From positions 2,973 to 66,972 of the forward strand of contig JBDSMX010000106.1 of NCBI GenBank assembly GCA_039915645.1: 64,000 nucleotides of DNA. Reading direction: 5' to 3'. Source of the stretch: Gemmatimonadales bacterium. Its GTDB lineage: Bacteria > Gemmatimonadota > Gemmatimonadetes > Gemmatimonadales > GWC2-71-9. Within the stretch, counting starts at the first letter, position 1. Every line of letters starts with the position of its first letter. Below the pieces are notes generated by a model that was not told the DNA's origin, did not search any database, and worked only from the letters and a program-made list of their open reading frames with translations. Shown here piece by piece: positions 19,457 through 27,989 of this stretch. The position numbers and the translations under genes are program-made.

Positions 19457-20434
19457 TCAGCCGCCAACGCGATTCGGGATCGGACGCCCCTCGAAACAGG
19501 CCGCCAGGTTTTCCAGCGCCAGGAAGCCCATCGCCTCCCGTGTTTCACGCGTCGCCGACCCGAGATGGGGCAACAGGACGACTTGCTCCATTCCGAGATA
19601 CCGGCGGTCCACATTCGGCTCACCACGGTAGACATCGAGTCCCGCCCCAGCGAGGTGCCCCGACAGCAGCGACGCCACCAGTGCGTCATCATCAACGATA
19701 TCGCCGCGCGCCGTGTTCACCAGAAATGCCCCCGGCTGCATCAGCGCGAGACGAGTTCCGTTCATCAGGCCACGGGTCTCCGGTGTGCTGGGACAATGCA
19801 GCGAGACGATGTCACTGTTGCCAAGGAGCGACTCCAGCGTCGGGCATTGTTCCGCGCCGACCGCCGCCAACTCGGCCTCGCCAAGTCGCGTCCGGTTGTA
19901 GCAGAGGACGCGCATACCGAAACCGAAGTGCGCCCGCCGAGCCACCGCACTGCCGATCCGTCCCATTCCGATCAACCCGAGGGTCTTCCCGGTCACCTGA
20001 CGGCCAAGCAGATGGGTTGGTGCCAAACCCAGCCAGCGTCCGCCACGCAGTTCCCGCTCCCCCTCTCCAGCACGCCGTAGCGTCATCAGGATAAGCGTCA
20101 TGGCCAGATCCGCGGTGCAATCCGTGAGCACACCAGGCGTATTGGTCACGACGAGGCTGTGGGCACCAGCGGCAGCGAGATCGATGTTGTCGACACCCAC
20201 CCCGCAATTGGCGAGGATGCGAGCCCGGAGCGGGTAGGCGGAGAGTACCTCCGCAGTCATCCTGTCGGTGACCGTGCAGAGCACTCCGTCCGCGGTGGCG
20301 AGTGCTCGTTGCAGCGCCTCCGCCGACATCGGGCGGTCGTCAGTGGAAAGCACGGCGTCGAACCGATCCCGCAGCGCGGTTTCGACCGCGACTGGCAGGC
20401 GTCTGGTCACAACGACACGCGGACGCACGCTCAT
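19457..20434 (-). CDS. D-2-hydroxyacid dehydrogenase (glyoxylate/hydroxypyruvate reductase-like)
   Basis: Start re-assigned to ATG 20434 (MSVRPRVVVTRRLP), with GGAG 8 nt upstream. NAD motif GLIGMGRIGSAVARR. Confidence 0.8.
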   Translation of the reverse strand: MSVRPRVVVTRRLPVAVETALRDRFDAVLSTDDRPMSAEALQRALATADGVLCTVTDRMTAEVLSAYPLRARILANCGVGVDNIDLAAAGAHSLVVTNTPGVLTDCTADLAMTLILMTLRRAGEGERELRGGRWLGLAPTHLLGRQVTGKTLGLIGMGRIGSAVARRAHFGFGMRVLCYNRTRLGEAELAAVGAEQCPTLESLLGNSDIVSLHCPSTPETRGLMNGTRLALMQPGAFLVNTARGDIVDDDALVASLLSGHLAGAGLDVYRGEPNVDRRYLGMEQVVLLPHLGSATRETREAMGFLALENLAACFEGRPIPNRVGG

Positions 20435-20507
20435 CCAGAGCTCCAGGCAAAATGTTCCCCACGACCGATCTGGCTGTAATATTGGCGGTTCCATCCCTGG
20501 AGTCACT

Positions 20508-21815
20508 CTGACCGCGCCACATTCGCATTCCCAGCTCCTGCGCGAGTGCTTCCTTGCCGGGGTCGCTGCGGTCCATCCGGAGCGATGCCTGCCCCCGGCA
20601 CTGGCGGCGATACCGGTGGCTACGGGGCCAACGGCGTTGTTGGCCGTCGGCAAGGCCTCGGCCGGCATGGCCAGGGCAATCAGCGCCGAACTCGCCGGTC
20701 GTGGAACGGCACCGATCTCGTCGTTGATCGTCGGGCTCGAACCGGGAGCTGGGCAGCTTCTGGGTGATCATCCCGTTCCCGGTGCACGGTCGGCCCGAGC
20801 GGCGGCCGCGATCGGGGAGTGGGTGGCGCAACTGCCACCCCAGACCGAAGTGCATGTCGCCATCTCGGGTGGCGCGACTTCACTGATGGCCGCACCACTC
20901 GCCGGCCTCGCCGGAACCGACCTGCAGCAGACCTTCGCAAATCTGCTCGGCTCCGGCCTCGATGTGACGATGGTGAACGCCATCCGGAAACGGCTTACAC
21001 GCTGGGGTGCGGGCCGTCTCGCAGCAGCGATCGCGCCGCGACGGACCTTCGCGTGGGTGATTTCGGATGTTCCTGGCGACGACCCGGCAACAATTGGCTC
21101 CGGGCCGTGCAGCGGCGATCCATGGCAGAGTGCGGCGCTGAGAGCAGCACTCGAGGCGCACGGGGTCTGGCAAGCGCTTGCGCCCGCCATCCGCACAGCG
21201 ATCGAAGTCGAGACGCTGAAACCGGGCGCTCGCGAGCTCGGCGATGTGCAATTGCAGATCGTCGCCCGGAACCGCGACGCCCTCTCGGCAGCGGCGACTT
21301 TTGCCGCGGGGCGAGGCTGCGCGGTGCGCGAGTCGACGCGTCGCATCACCGGCGAAGCGCGCACCGGTGGGGAAGAGATCGCCACCGAACTGATTGAGTC
21401 GCGCCGCCAGATGCGGGCGCCACTCGAGGTCACTGTCTGCGGCGGTGAATCCGTGGTCAGCCTCGGCGAAGTGTTCGGCGTCGGTGGAAGGAATCAGGAG
21501 CTGGCACTCGCAGCCGCGCGCAGCCTTGCCCAGGCGGAGACAGGCGACGAGACGCTTCTCCTCGCTGCGGGCACCGATGGGAAGGACGGTTCCTCCGGCG
21601 CTGCTGGCGCGCTCATCGATGGGCGGACGTGGAGCGCCATCAGACTGGCGGGGCACGACCCCGACGCCTTGCTCGATCGCCACCAGTCCGATCTCGCGCT
21701 GGCCGCGGCCGGTGCCCAAATCGTCACCGGGCCAACCGGCACCAATGTGATGGATCTGGTCATTGGGCTCAACGCGAAACGGGTGCACCCCGAAGTATTC
21801 GAGGCGCACCCGTAG
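20508..21815 (+). CDS. Glycerate 2-kinase / hydroxypyruvate-reductase-type protein (DUF4147 + MOFRL)
   Basis: Motifs LLAVGKASAGMA, VCGGESVV, GVGGRNQELALAAA, AAGTDGKDGSS and TGPTGTNVMD. The start is uncertain. No ATG, GTG or TTG lies in frame between the divergent gene start (20434) and the conserved N-terminus. CTG 20508 is preceded by GGAG at a 5-nt spacing. Confidence 0.7.
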   Translation: MTAPHSHSQLLRECFLAGVAAVHPERCLPPALAAIPVATGPTALLAVGKASAGMARAISAELAGRGTAPISSLIVGLEPGAGQLLGDHPVPGARSARAAAAIGEWVAQLPPQTEVHVAISGGATSLMAAPLAGLAGTDLQQTFANLLGSGLDVTMVNAIRKRLTRWGAGRLAAAIAPRRTFAWVISDVPGDDPATIGSGPCSGDPWQSAALRAALEAHGVWQALAPAIRTAIEVETLKPGARELGDVQLQIVARNRDALSAAATFAAGRGCAVRESTRRITGEARTGGEEIATELIESRRQMRAPLEVTVCGGESVVSLGEVFGVGGRNQELALAAARSLAQAETGDETLLLAAGTDGKDGSSGAAGALIDGRTWSAIRLAGHDPDALLDRHQSDLALAAAGAQIVTGPTGTNVMDLVIGLNAKRVHPEVFEAHP

Positions 21816-21870
21816 CGAGAAAGCAGTTGAGTACCGGCCCACATCCGGGGCGCGGCACTCCAGTCAGCGA

Positions 21871-22260
21871 CTAGCGGAGCAAGCGCGCTGCCGAGACCTC
21901 GGCGATCGCCACATCGGGCGACCGCTGGACGAACTCGAACAAACGCTGCTGGAAATCGCTGCCATCCTCGTCGGCCCGCACCATCAGCCTGGCCTCATCG
22001 AGAAGGCTGGGGACCCGGGCGTCGGCGTCGGGGGAATCCTCCAGCATGGCCTCGTCCATCGCCACCAAGAGGGCCGTCAGCGGGCGCAACCAGGCGAACC
22101 AGGGATCGTGAATCGCAAGCTGGAGCACATCGGCGGAACCAGGGACCCGGCCATGCATCCGCTCGTAGGCCATCCGCTCCGCGTCGAGCAAGTTGCGGTG
22201 CAGATTCAGCATCGCCTCACGCACGGGTCCAAGTCGCAGCTGCAGATCGGATGATGTCAT
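21871..22260 (-). CDS. Hypothetical protein, 129 aa, predicted helical, no recognisable family
   Basis: ORF with good codon bias. Start chosen at ATG 22260 because AAGGAG lies 7 nt upstream (22268-22273). Confidence 0.55.
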   Translation of the reverse strand: MTSSDLQLRLGPVREAMLNLHRNLLDAERMAYERMHGRVPGSADVLQLAIHDPWFAWLRPLTALLVAMDEAMLEDSPDADARVPSLLDEARLMVRADEDGSDFQQRLFEFVQRSPDVAIAEVSAARLLR

Positions 22261-22277
22261 ACAAGCACTCCTTCTGG

Positions 22278-22292
22278 GTGACGTCATGTCAC
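22278..22292. promoter_or_regulatory. Inverted repeat GTGAC-N5-GTCAC containing the perfect palindrome TGACGTCA; candidate operator upstream of the hypothetical gene
   Basis: Read directly: gtgacgtcatgtcac at 22278-22292 and TGACGTCA at 22279-22286, about 20 nt upstream of ATG 22260 in the 77-nt gap (22261-22337) after the LytR_C gene. Confidence 0.25.
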
Positions 22293-22337
22293 TCGCAGCT
22301 TAAAACGTGCCAGAGGTCGGAAAGGTTCCTGCGAGGA

Positions 22338-22769
22338 CTAATGCCCCTTGGGAACCGCGAAACGTCGCCCAAGCAGGACAGTCACGTCCACCATTCGGGA
22401 ACTATCGACCTGATGGATCACCTCGGCGTCGCCGAGGGCCTCAACGATCCGGCCCACACCGGCCGTGTCATTTCGGCGGACCAGCACCTGATTCCGGTCC
22501 CGTCCGCGGTGCGCAGAATCGGCATTCCCGAGGTAAACCACATCGAGACCGGCGCGGCGCAGCAGCAGCATGCCAGCACGGCCAGCACCGATCACGCCCC
22601 CGGAATTGAGCACCTCGATCTCGACCCGATGCGGCAGCGGCTGCCAGACCCGGACCGGGTCTGGACCCGTCGGGCGTGGCGTTGGCCGCATCAGTCGACC
22701 CACGACCAGGGCAAGCAGGAGGAGCCCGATTCCGCCAGCCACCCACCAGCCCGGGGGGCGCCGAATCAC
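22338..22769 (-). CDS. LytR_C (LytR cell-envelope-related C-terminal) domain protein with an N-terminal TM anchor
   Basis: 143 aa with TM helix WWVAGGIGLLLLALVVG followed by VEIEVLNSGGVIGAGRAGMLLLRRAGLDV...VTVLLG, which fits the LytR_C pattern. Confidence 0.6.
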   Translation of the reverse strand: MIRRPPGWWVAGGIGLLLLALVVGRLMRPTPRPTGPDPVRVWQPLPHRVEIEVLNSGGVIGAGRAGMLLLRRAGLDVVYLGNADSAHRGRDRNQVLVRRNDTAGVGRIVEALGDAEVIHQVDSSRMVDVTVLLGRRFAVPKGH

Positions 22770-23332
22770 AGGACCGCTGCGCGAAACGCCATTGACTCAG
22801 GGGGCAGCGTCCAGCCCTGGGCGATGGCGTAGTCGAGCCTCCGGCGGACCACGTCGCGAAGGACCGCGTCGGGCTCCTCGGGATAGCGCACCGCCAATGC
22901 TGCGCGGTCGGCCCGGTCGAACGCTCGCCCCGGCTCGAGGAAATCGGCACAGTAGAGCGCTCGCCCGATCCTTCCCCACCCCACCCACCCGACCGAATGC
23001 CAGCGAACCGCGCTCAGGACATCAGCGTCGCGTTCGCCCTCCAGCTCCGCGCGCGCCGCAGCCGCTGGACCGTGACGCAATTCGACGGGCCCCTCGACCG
23101 TGGGTGCCCACCGACGCATTTCGGCTTCCGGAGCATCTCGAAGTGCGTCATGCAGCCAGACGGCGCGGAGCCAGCGCGCGCCCTCGTCGGGCGAGAGGCG
23201 GAGGATGGTGACCCAGCTGCGCATCAGTTGCACGACGCGCTCGATGTGCTCGCGGCGCGCCGGTGTGACGACGGCCCAGGACGGCAAGCCATCCTGGGCC
23301 GAGCGAGCTGGATCATCGTGCTCGGGGGTCAA
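22766..23332 (-). CDS. HD-domain phosphohydrolase (YqeK-like)
   Basis: 188 aa with an HD motif (WLHDALRD), HGPAAA, VRWHSVG and YCADFLEPGR, resembling the YqeK family. 4-nt overlaps on both sides. Confidence 0.55.
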   Translation of the reverse strand: MTPEHDDPARSAQDGLPSWAVVTPARREHIERVVQLMRSWVTILRLSPDEGARWLRAVWLHDALRDAPEAEMRRWAPTVEGPVELRHGPAAAARAELEGERDADVLSAVRWHSVGWVGWGRIGRALYCADFLEPGRAFDRADRAALAVRYPEEPDAVLRDVVRRRLDYAIAQGWTLPPESMAFRAAVL

Positions 23333-23703
23333 GCCGATCCGGCAGGCGGCGCGACGATCCGGTTTGATGCGTCGACGAAGACCACCGCAGGGCGGAAGGC
23401 CGGCACGTCCGGTTCATCGATGTCGCCGTAGGCAATCAGAATCACCAGATCCCCAACCATGCCAAGACGTGCAGCGGCGCCATTCAACTGCACGACGCCA
23501 CTCCCCGCCGGACCCGGAATGACGTAGGTCGTGAAGCGCGAACCGTTGTTCACGTTGACGACCTGGATCTCTTCGTAGACCACCAGATTGGCAGCCGCGA
23601 TCAGATCAGTATCCAGCGTCAGCGACCCCTCGTAATGCAGGTCGGCCGACGTGATGGTTGCCCGGTGAATCTTCGACTTCATGAGGCGACGACGCATGCT
23701 CAC
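23329..23703 (-). CDS. panD: Aspartate 1-decarboxylase
   Basis: MKSKIHRATITSADLHYEGSLT, including the Gly-Ser self-processing site; 124 aa. Confidence 0.95.
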   Translation of the reverse strand: MSMRRRLMKSKIHRATITSADLHYEGSLTLDTDLIAAANLVVYEEIQVVNVNNGSRFTTYVIPGPAGSGVVQLNGAAARLGMVGDLVILIAYGDIDEPDVPAFRPAVVFVDASNRIVAPPAGSA

Positions 23704-24563
23704 GCGCTCGGCTCCTTGAGGATCACATTGTCTATCAATCGAGTGGTACCGACTCGTGCCGCGACGGCGACGATGGTGCCCGGTTCGGCCCGCACGACTG
23801 GCGCAAGCGACTCCGGGTCGGCGAGGGCAATATAGTCCGGCGTCACATTCCGGGTTGCCGCGAAGATCTGCGCCGCGACCGCGCGGAGCGTCTCGGCATC
23901 CCGCTCCCCGGCGCGCCAGCGCGCTTCCACGGCGCGCAAGGACTGCGACAGCGACAAGGCTTCGATCCTGGCTTCGGGTGTGAGGTAGACATTGCGCGAC
24001 GAGAGGGCGAGTCCGTCCGGCTCACGCACCGTCGGCAGCACCCGCAGCGCGAGGGGGACGTCGAGATCCCGGACCATCTTGCCGATCAGCGTGACCTGCT
24101 CGATGTCCTTCTGTCCGAAACCCGCGACATCAGGCTGCACAATGTTGAAGAGCTTGGCGACCACGGTGAGGACCCCGTCGAAATGCCCCGGCCGATGAGC
24201 GCCTTCCCACCGTGACGCGGTGGCGCCGGCGACGACACGGATTTCGGCGCCCGGCGGATACATCTCGTCAGCCGTCGGCACGAAGAGCAGTTCGACGCCG
24301 CGCGAGGCGGCGAGTCCCCGGTCCCGTTCGATGTTGCGCGGGTAGCGCGACAGATCCTCGTTCGGACCAAACTGCAGCGGGTTCACGAAGATGCTCATCA
24401 CGACGAGATCGCAGGCCGCGCGAATGTCATCGACCAGTGCGAGGTGGCCGTCGTGAAGGAACCCCATCGTCGGAACGAAGCCGATGCGCCGACCATTGCG
24501 TCGTTCGTGCGCGAGTCGCTCCCTGAGGGCCGCAATCGTGGTGAATTCTTCCATACCTGTCAA
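23700..24563 (-). CDS. panC: Pantoate-beta-alanine ligase
   Basis: GFVPTMGFLHDGHLALV (HxGH) and FGQKD; 287 aa. Confidence 0.95.
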   Translation of the reverse strand: MTGMEEFTTIAALRERLAHERRNGRRIGFVPTMGFLHDGHLALVDDIRAACDLVVMSIFVNPLQFGPNEDLSRYPRNIERDRGLAASRGVELLFVPTADEMYPPGAEIRVVAGATASRWEGAHRPGHFDGVLTVVAKLFNIVQPDVAGFGQKDIEQVTLIGKMVRDLDVPLALRVLPTVREPDGLALSSRNVYLTPEARIEALSLSQSLRAVEARWRAGERDAETLRAVAAQIFAATRNVTPDYIALADPESLAPVVRAEPGTIVAVAARVGTTRLIDNVILKEPSA

Positions 24564-25366
24564 TCGAAGGAGTGGGCGTCGTCGGGATAGGCGCCGGTCC
24601 GGACCTCGGCGGCGAACTGTGACACGGCATCCCGCACTGTCCCGGCCAGTTCCGCATAACGCTTCAGGAAGCGCGGCGTGAAGGTGTCGTTGAGGCCGAT
24701 CATGTCGTGCAGCACCAGCACCTGACCATCACAGCCATTGCCCGCGCCGATGCCGATGGTGGGGATCGCCAGCGCCTGGGAGACCTGCGTGGCGAGACCC
24801 CGCGGCACGAGTTCGAGTACCACCGCGCTCGCCCCCGCCTGTTCGAGCGCACGGGCGTCATCAAGCAGCTTATGCGCGGCCGGTTCATCCCGCCCCTGCA
24901 CGCGATATCCGCCAAGCGTATTGATCGCCTGCGGCGTGAGGCCGAGGTGTCCCACGACCGGAATGCCGCGATCGACGAGCAAGCGGACCGTCTCGGCCAT
25001 CGGCGCACCGCCTTCGAGTTTCACCGCATGGCAGTCGGTCTCGGCGAGCACCCGGCCCGCGTTCCGGATCGCTTCCTCCGGCGAGACCTGGTACGAGAGG
25101 AACGGCAAGTCGACCACGATCGGCGTGCGCTCGGTTCCGCGGCGCACGCTGGCGGCGTGGTAGATCATCTGATCGAGCGTGGCACTGAGCGTCGAGCGAT
25201 GGCCCGCCAACACTTCGTTGAGCGAGTCACCCACCAGCATGATGTCGACGCCCGCGCTCTCGAGCAGTCGCGCGAAGAGCGCATCGTAGCAGGTCAGCAT
25301 CACCAGCCGACGTCCGTCTCGCTTGCGGGTCGCGAGATCGGGCATCGTCAACGGTCGGTCAGCCAT
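24560..25366 (-). CDS. panB: 3-methyl-2-oxobutanoate hydroxymethyltransferase
   Basis: LVMLTCYDA, VGDSL and GIGAG motifs. Start taken at ATG 25366 (8-nt overlap with folK); 25384 is also possible. Confidence 0.9.
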   Translation of the reverse strand: MADRPLTMPDLATRKRDGRRLVMLTCYDALFARLLESAGVDIMLVGDSLNEVLAGHRSTLSATLDQMIYHAASVRRGTERTPIVVDLPFLSYQVSPEEAIRNAGRVLAETDCHAVKLEGGAPMAETVRLLVDRGIPVVGHLGLTPQAINTLGGYRVQGRDEPAAHKLLDDARALEQAGASAVVLELVPRGLATQVSQALAIPTIGIGAGNGCDGQVLVLHDMIGLNDTFTPRFLKRYAELAGTVRDAVSQFAAEVRTGAYPDDAHSFD

Positions 25367-25775
25367 GGGCCTCCACAACGGCAATCTGCCGCGCCCAGAA
25401 ATTTCGATCGCGCAGCCCGGGATGCGGGAGCACGAGGTCGGGGAGATCGCAACTCACGTCACCGAAATAGACCAGATCGAGGTCGAGCGTGCGAGAACAC
25501 CACGGCGTGTCGCGAGTACGTCCGGCCTCGCGCTCGATGGTGTGACAGGCTTCAAGCACTGCCGCGGCCGAGCACGACGTCTCCAGCAGCACCATCTGGT
25601 TCAGGTACGATGGCTGCGCCAGTCCGCCGAGCGGTGATGTCTCTTCCACCTCGGACGCTGCCACCAGCGTCGTATCCGGCAATTGCATCAATCGTTCACG
25701 CGCCAGAGAGAGGGCCGCGGCCCGATCACCGAGGTTGCTGCCGAGGGCAATGCAGGCGCGGACAGCCAACGTCAT
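25359..25775 (-). CDS. folK: 6-hydroxymethyl-7,8-dihydropterin pyrophosphokinase
   Basis: 138 aa with IALGSNLGD, RTLDLDLV and LPHPGLRDRNFW. ATGA overlap with the trpA stop. Confidence 0.85.
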   Translation of the reverse strand: MTLAVRACIALGSNLGDRAAALSLARERLMQLPDTTLVAASEVEETSPLGGLAQPSYLNQMVLLETSCSAAAVLEACHTIEREAGRTRDTPWCSRTLDLDLVYFGDVSCDLPDLVLPHPGLRDRNFWARQIAVVEAHG

Positions 25776-26578
25776 CGCCCCTCGATGGCAGCCCGGAGTT
25801 CGCCCAGGAAACGCCCGGCAGCAGACACCCCATGACTTCCCAGCACGTCGACGAGCGCACTTCCCACGACGACCCCGTCGGCGATGCCACCGACCACACG
25901 GGCCTGCTCCGGCGTCGAAATACCGAAGCCCACAGCAACAGGGAGCGGAGTTGCTGCGCGCACGCGCGCCACTGACTCCTCGAGTCCGCTGGCAAGTTCG
26001 CGCGAGGCACCGGTCACACCGAGACGCGCCACCAGGTAGATGAATCCCTGTCCGCCATTCACGGCGCGGGCCACTCGCTCGGGCGCCGTGGTCGGTGCCA
26101 CGAGGCGAATGAGGTCGAGCGGGGAGCGCTGGACCGCTGTCTCGACCGTGGCATCGGCACCCGCCGGCAGATCCGTGAGCAGCAACCCCGCGACGCCAAT
26201 CGACGCCGCATCGGCAAGCAATCGCTCGACACCATACTGCAATACGGGGTTCAGGTACGAGAACAACACCACCGGCGCCCTGAGTTCCGCCCGGGCGATC
26301 AGGTCGAGCGTCTTCGGCAACGACATCCCGTTGGCGAGCGCGCGAAAGGTCGAGGCCTGGATGGTGGGCCCGTCAGCGAGCGGATCGGAAAATGGCACGC
26401 CGACTTCAATGACGTCGGCATGCGCGTCGGTCACCCGCAGCGCTTCGAGGGAGTCATCGAGCGTCGGGAACCCTGCCGTGAGGTAGGGCACCAGTGCCGG
26501 TCGCCCGGCCGCGCGCAATGTGGTCCAGGTGCGGTCGAGCCGCGAATCAGACGAAGAAATCACCGACGACAAGGCCAT
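25772..26578 (-). CDS. trpA: Tryptophan synthase alpha chain
   Basis: PYLTAGFP and IEVGVPFSDPLADGPTIQ. The start is ambiguous: ATG 26578 is chosen, with GTG 26563 and ATG 26626 as alternatives. All three overlap the 3' end of the HD-GYP gene. Confidence 0.85.
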   Translation of the reverse strand: MALSSVISSSDSRLDRTWTTLRAAGRPALVPYLTAGFPTLDDSLEALRVTDAHADVIEVGVPFSDPLADGPTIQASTFRALANGMSLPKTLDLIARAELRAPVVLFSYLNPVLQYGVERLLADAASIGVAGLLLTDLPAGADATVETAVQRSPLDLIRLVAPTTAPERVARAVNGGQGFIYLVARLGVTGASRELASGLEESVARVRAATPLPVAVGFGISTPEQARVVGGIADGVVVGSALVDVLGSHGVSAAGRFLGELRAAIEGR

Positions 26579-27989
26579 AACGGTCCGGAGAAGTGACTTT
26601 GACAATGGTGCGCGGATAGCCGCCATCGGCCCGCACGGTCGACAGGTCGATCAACTCGCCCGGGGCAGGCATTCTGGCACCGAGCGCACTCACTGCCAGC
26701 CGGACCAGTGGGCGGTGGAGCTGCTCGGGGTCAGAGCTCGGTCCTGCCACCACGGCCACCTCGAAGGTATCGAGGATGACGCAGGTCCCGACAGGATAGA
26801 TACCCAGCAGGTTGATCAGCGCCTTCACCAGGGTCGGATCGTAACCGCGCCCGGGGTTGAGCCACATTTCTCGAAGCACCGCATCGGGTTCGAGCGGCTC
26901 ATTCTGATAGGCGCGTCGGGTGGTGGCGGCATCGTAGCCGTCAGCGACAGACACCAGTCTGGTGAAGAGCCCCAGCCGGCGTGGGCGAATCGCCCGCGGA
27001 TAGCCGCTCATGTCCACTTTCATGTGGTGCTCATGCGCGGCAAGAATGGCGCGGTACGGCAGCTCCTCGCCCTCGCGCATCTTGAACAAGGTCAGGGTAC
27101 CGAGCCAGGGATGCGCCTGCATTCGCTGCCACTCGGAGTCATCGAGCGACCCGGCCTTGTTGAGCAGCTGGATATCGAGGCGTGCCTTGCCGATGTCGTG
27201 GAGCAGCGCCGCCAGCCCGAGATCGTAGAGCTGCATCCGTTCGAGCCCCAGGCGCTTGCCGAGGGTGACGGCGAAGATGGTCACGTTCACCGAGTGGGTG
27301 AAGGTGTATTCGTCGTACTCCCGCAGGGTGGTGAGTCCGGTGATCGAGAGCTCGTTTTCCATCACCTGGTCGACAATCAGCTGAATCGCCCGCTTCAATC
27401 GCCGCGTGCTCGGGGCCCGACCCATGCGAACACCCTGCACCACATCGCGCGCCACCGACACGCCCTGGGCATAGGTGCGCTTGGCGCGTTCCAGTGCCTC
27501 GTCACCTTCGTTGGCATCCTCGGCCTGTTCCCCGACCGCGTCCACCGAGAGTCGCACGATATCCGCCTGCTGCATCCGCTGACGCAGAATATCGAGGCGT
27601 TCATCAGGCTCGGCGTCGGGTGGCAGCGCACCAAGCGCATTGAGCCACGCCTGCCACTCTCGCCGGGTCACGCCATCATCCACGCGCAACAGCCCGACCC
27701 CGCAACTGCGCATCAACCCGACGAATCCGCTGAATGCCGCAAAGTTGTCGAGTCCGAGTCGCAGCCGGGTCTGGTTGATGAAGATGAAATCGCCGGTCAG
27801 ACGAACCTCGATGAAGCCCTCGAGCTGGAGAACGGACATCGCGGTGACATAGAGCTCGTCGAGCGATCGCTGGACGGTGGCGTTCTCGAGCGGATAGAGC
27901 TTGAGGGCACGCTGGGCGCTGTGAATCGCAACGAGGAGCGCCCGCCCCGATTGGCGAAGGAGTGCGTCATCCCGGACGGGAGTGGTCAC
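26547..27989 (-). CDS. HD-GYP domain protein (putative cyclic-dinucleotide phosphodiesterase) with an uncharacterised N-terminal module
   Basis: LLHDIGK and AHEHHMKVDMSGYP (HD...HHExxDxxGYP) appear intact. GTG 27989 forms a GTGA overlap with the HEAT-protein stop; the tracked TTG at 27998 is the alternative. Confidence 0.8.
   Translation of the reverse strand: MTTPVRDDALLRQSGRALLVAIHSAQRALKLYPLENATVQRSLDELYVTAMSVLQLEGFIEVRLTGDFIFINQTRLRLGLDNFAAFSGFVGLMRSCGVGLLRVDDGVTRREWQAWLNALGALPPDAEPDERLDILRQRMQQADIVRLSVDAVGEQAEDANEGDEALERAKRTYAQGVSVARDVVQGVRMGRAPSTRRLKRAIQLIVDQVMENELSITGLTTLREYDEYTFTHSVNVTIFAVTLGKRLGLERMQLYDLGLAALLHDIGKARLDIQLLNKAGSLDDSEWQRMQAHPWLGTLTLFKMREGEELPYRAILAAHEHHMKVDMSGYPRAIRPRRLGLFTRLVSVADGYDAATTRRAYQNEPLEPDAVLREMWLNPGRGYDPTLVKALINLLGIYPVGTCVILDTFEVAVVAGPSSDPEQLHRPLVRLAVSALGARMPAPGELIDLSTVRADGGYPRTIVKVTSPDRYGLVVGDFFV

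Noticed and set aside
21816-21870. Terminator between the convergent glycerate-kinase and hypothetical genes. The junctions 18415-18435, 48993 and 58456/58457 were checked for the same reason.
   Set aside because: Only 4-bp self-complementary CCGG stems are present, or there is no spacer at all. No convincing hairpin was found.
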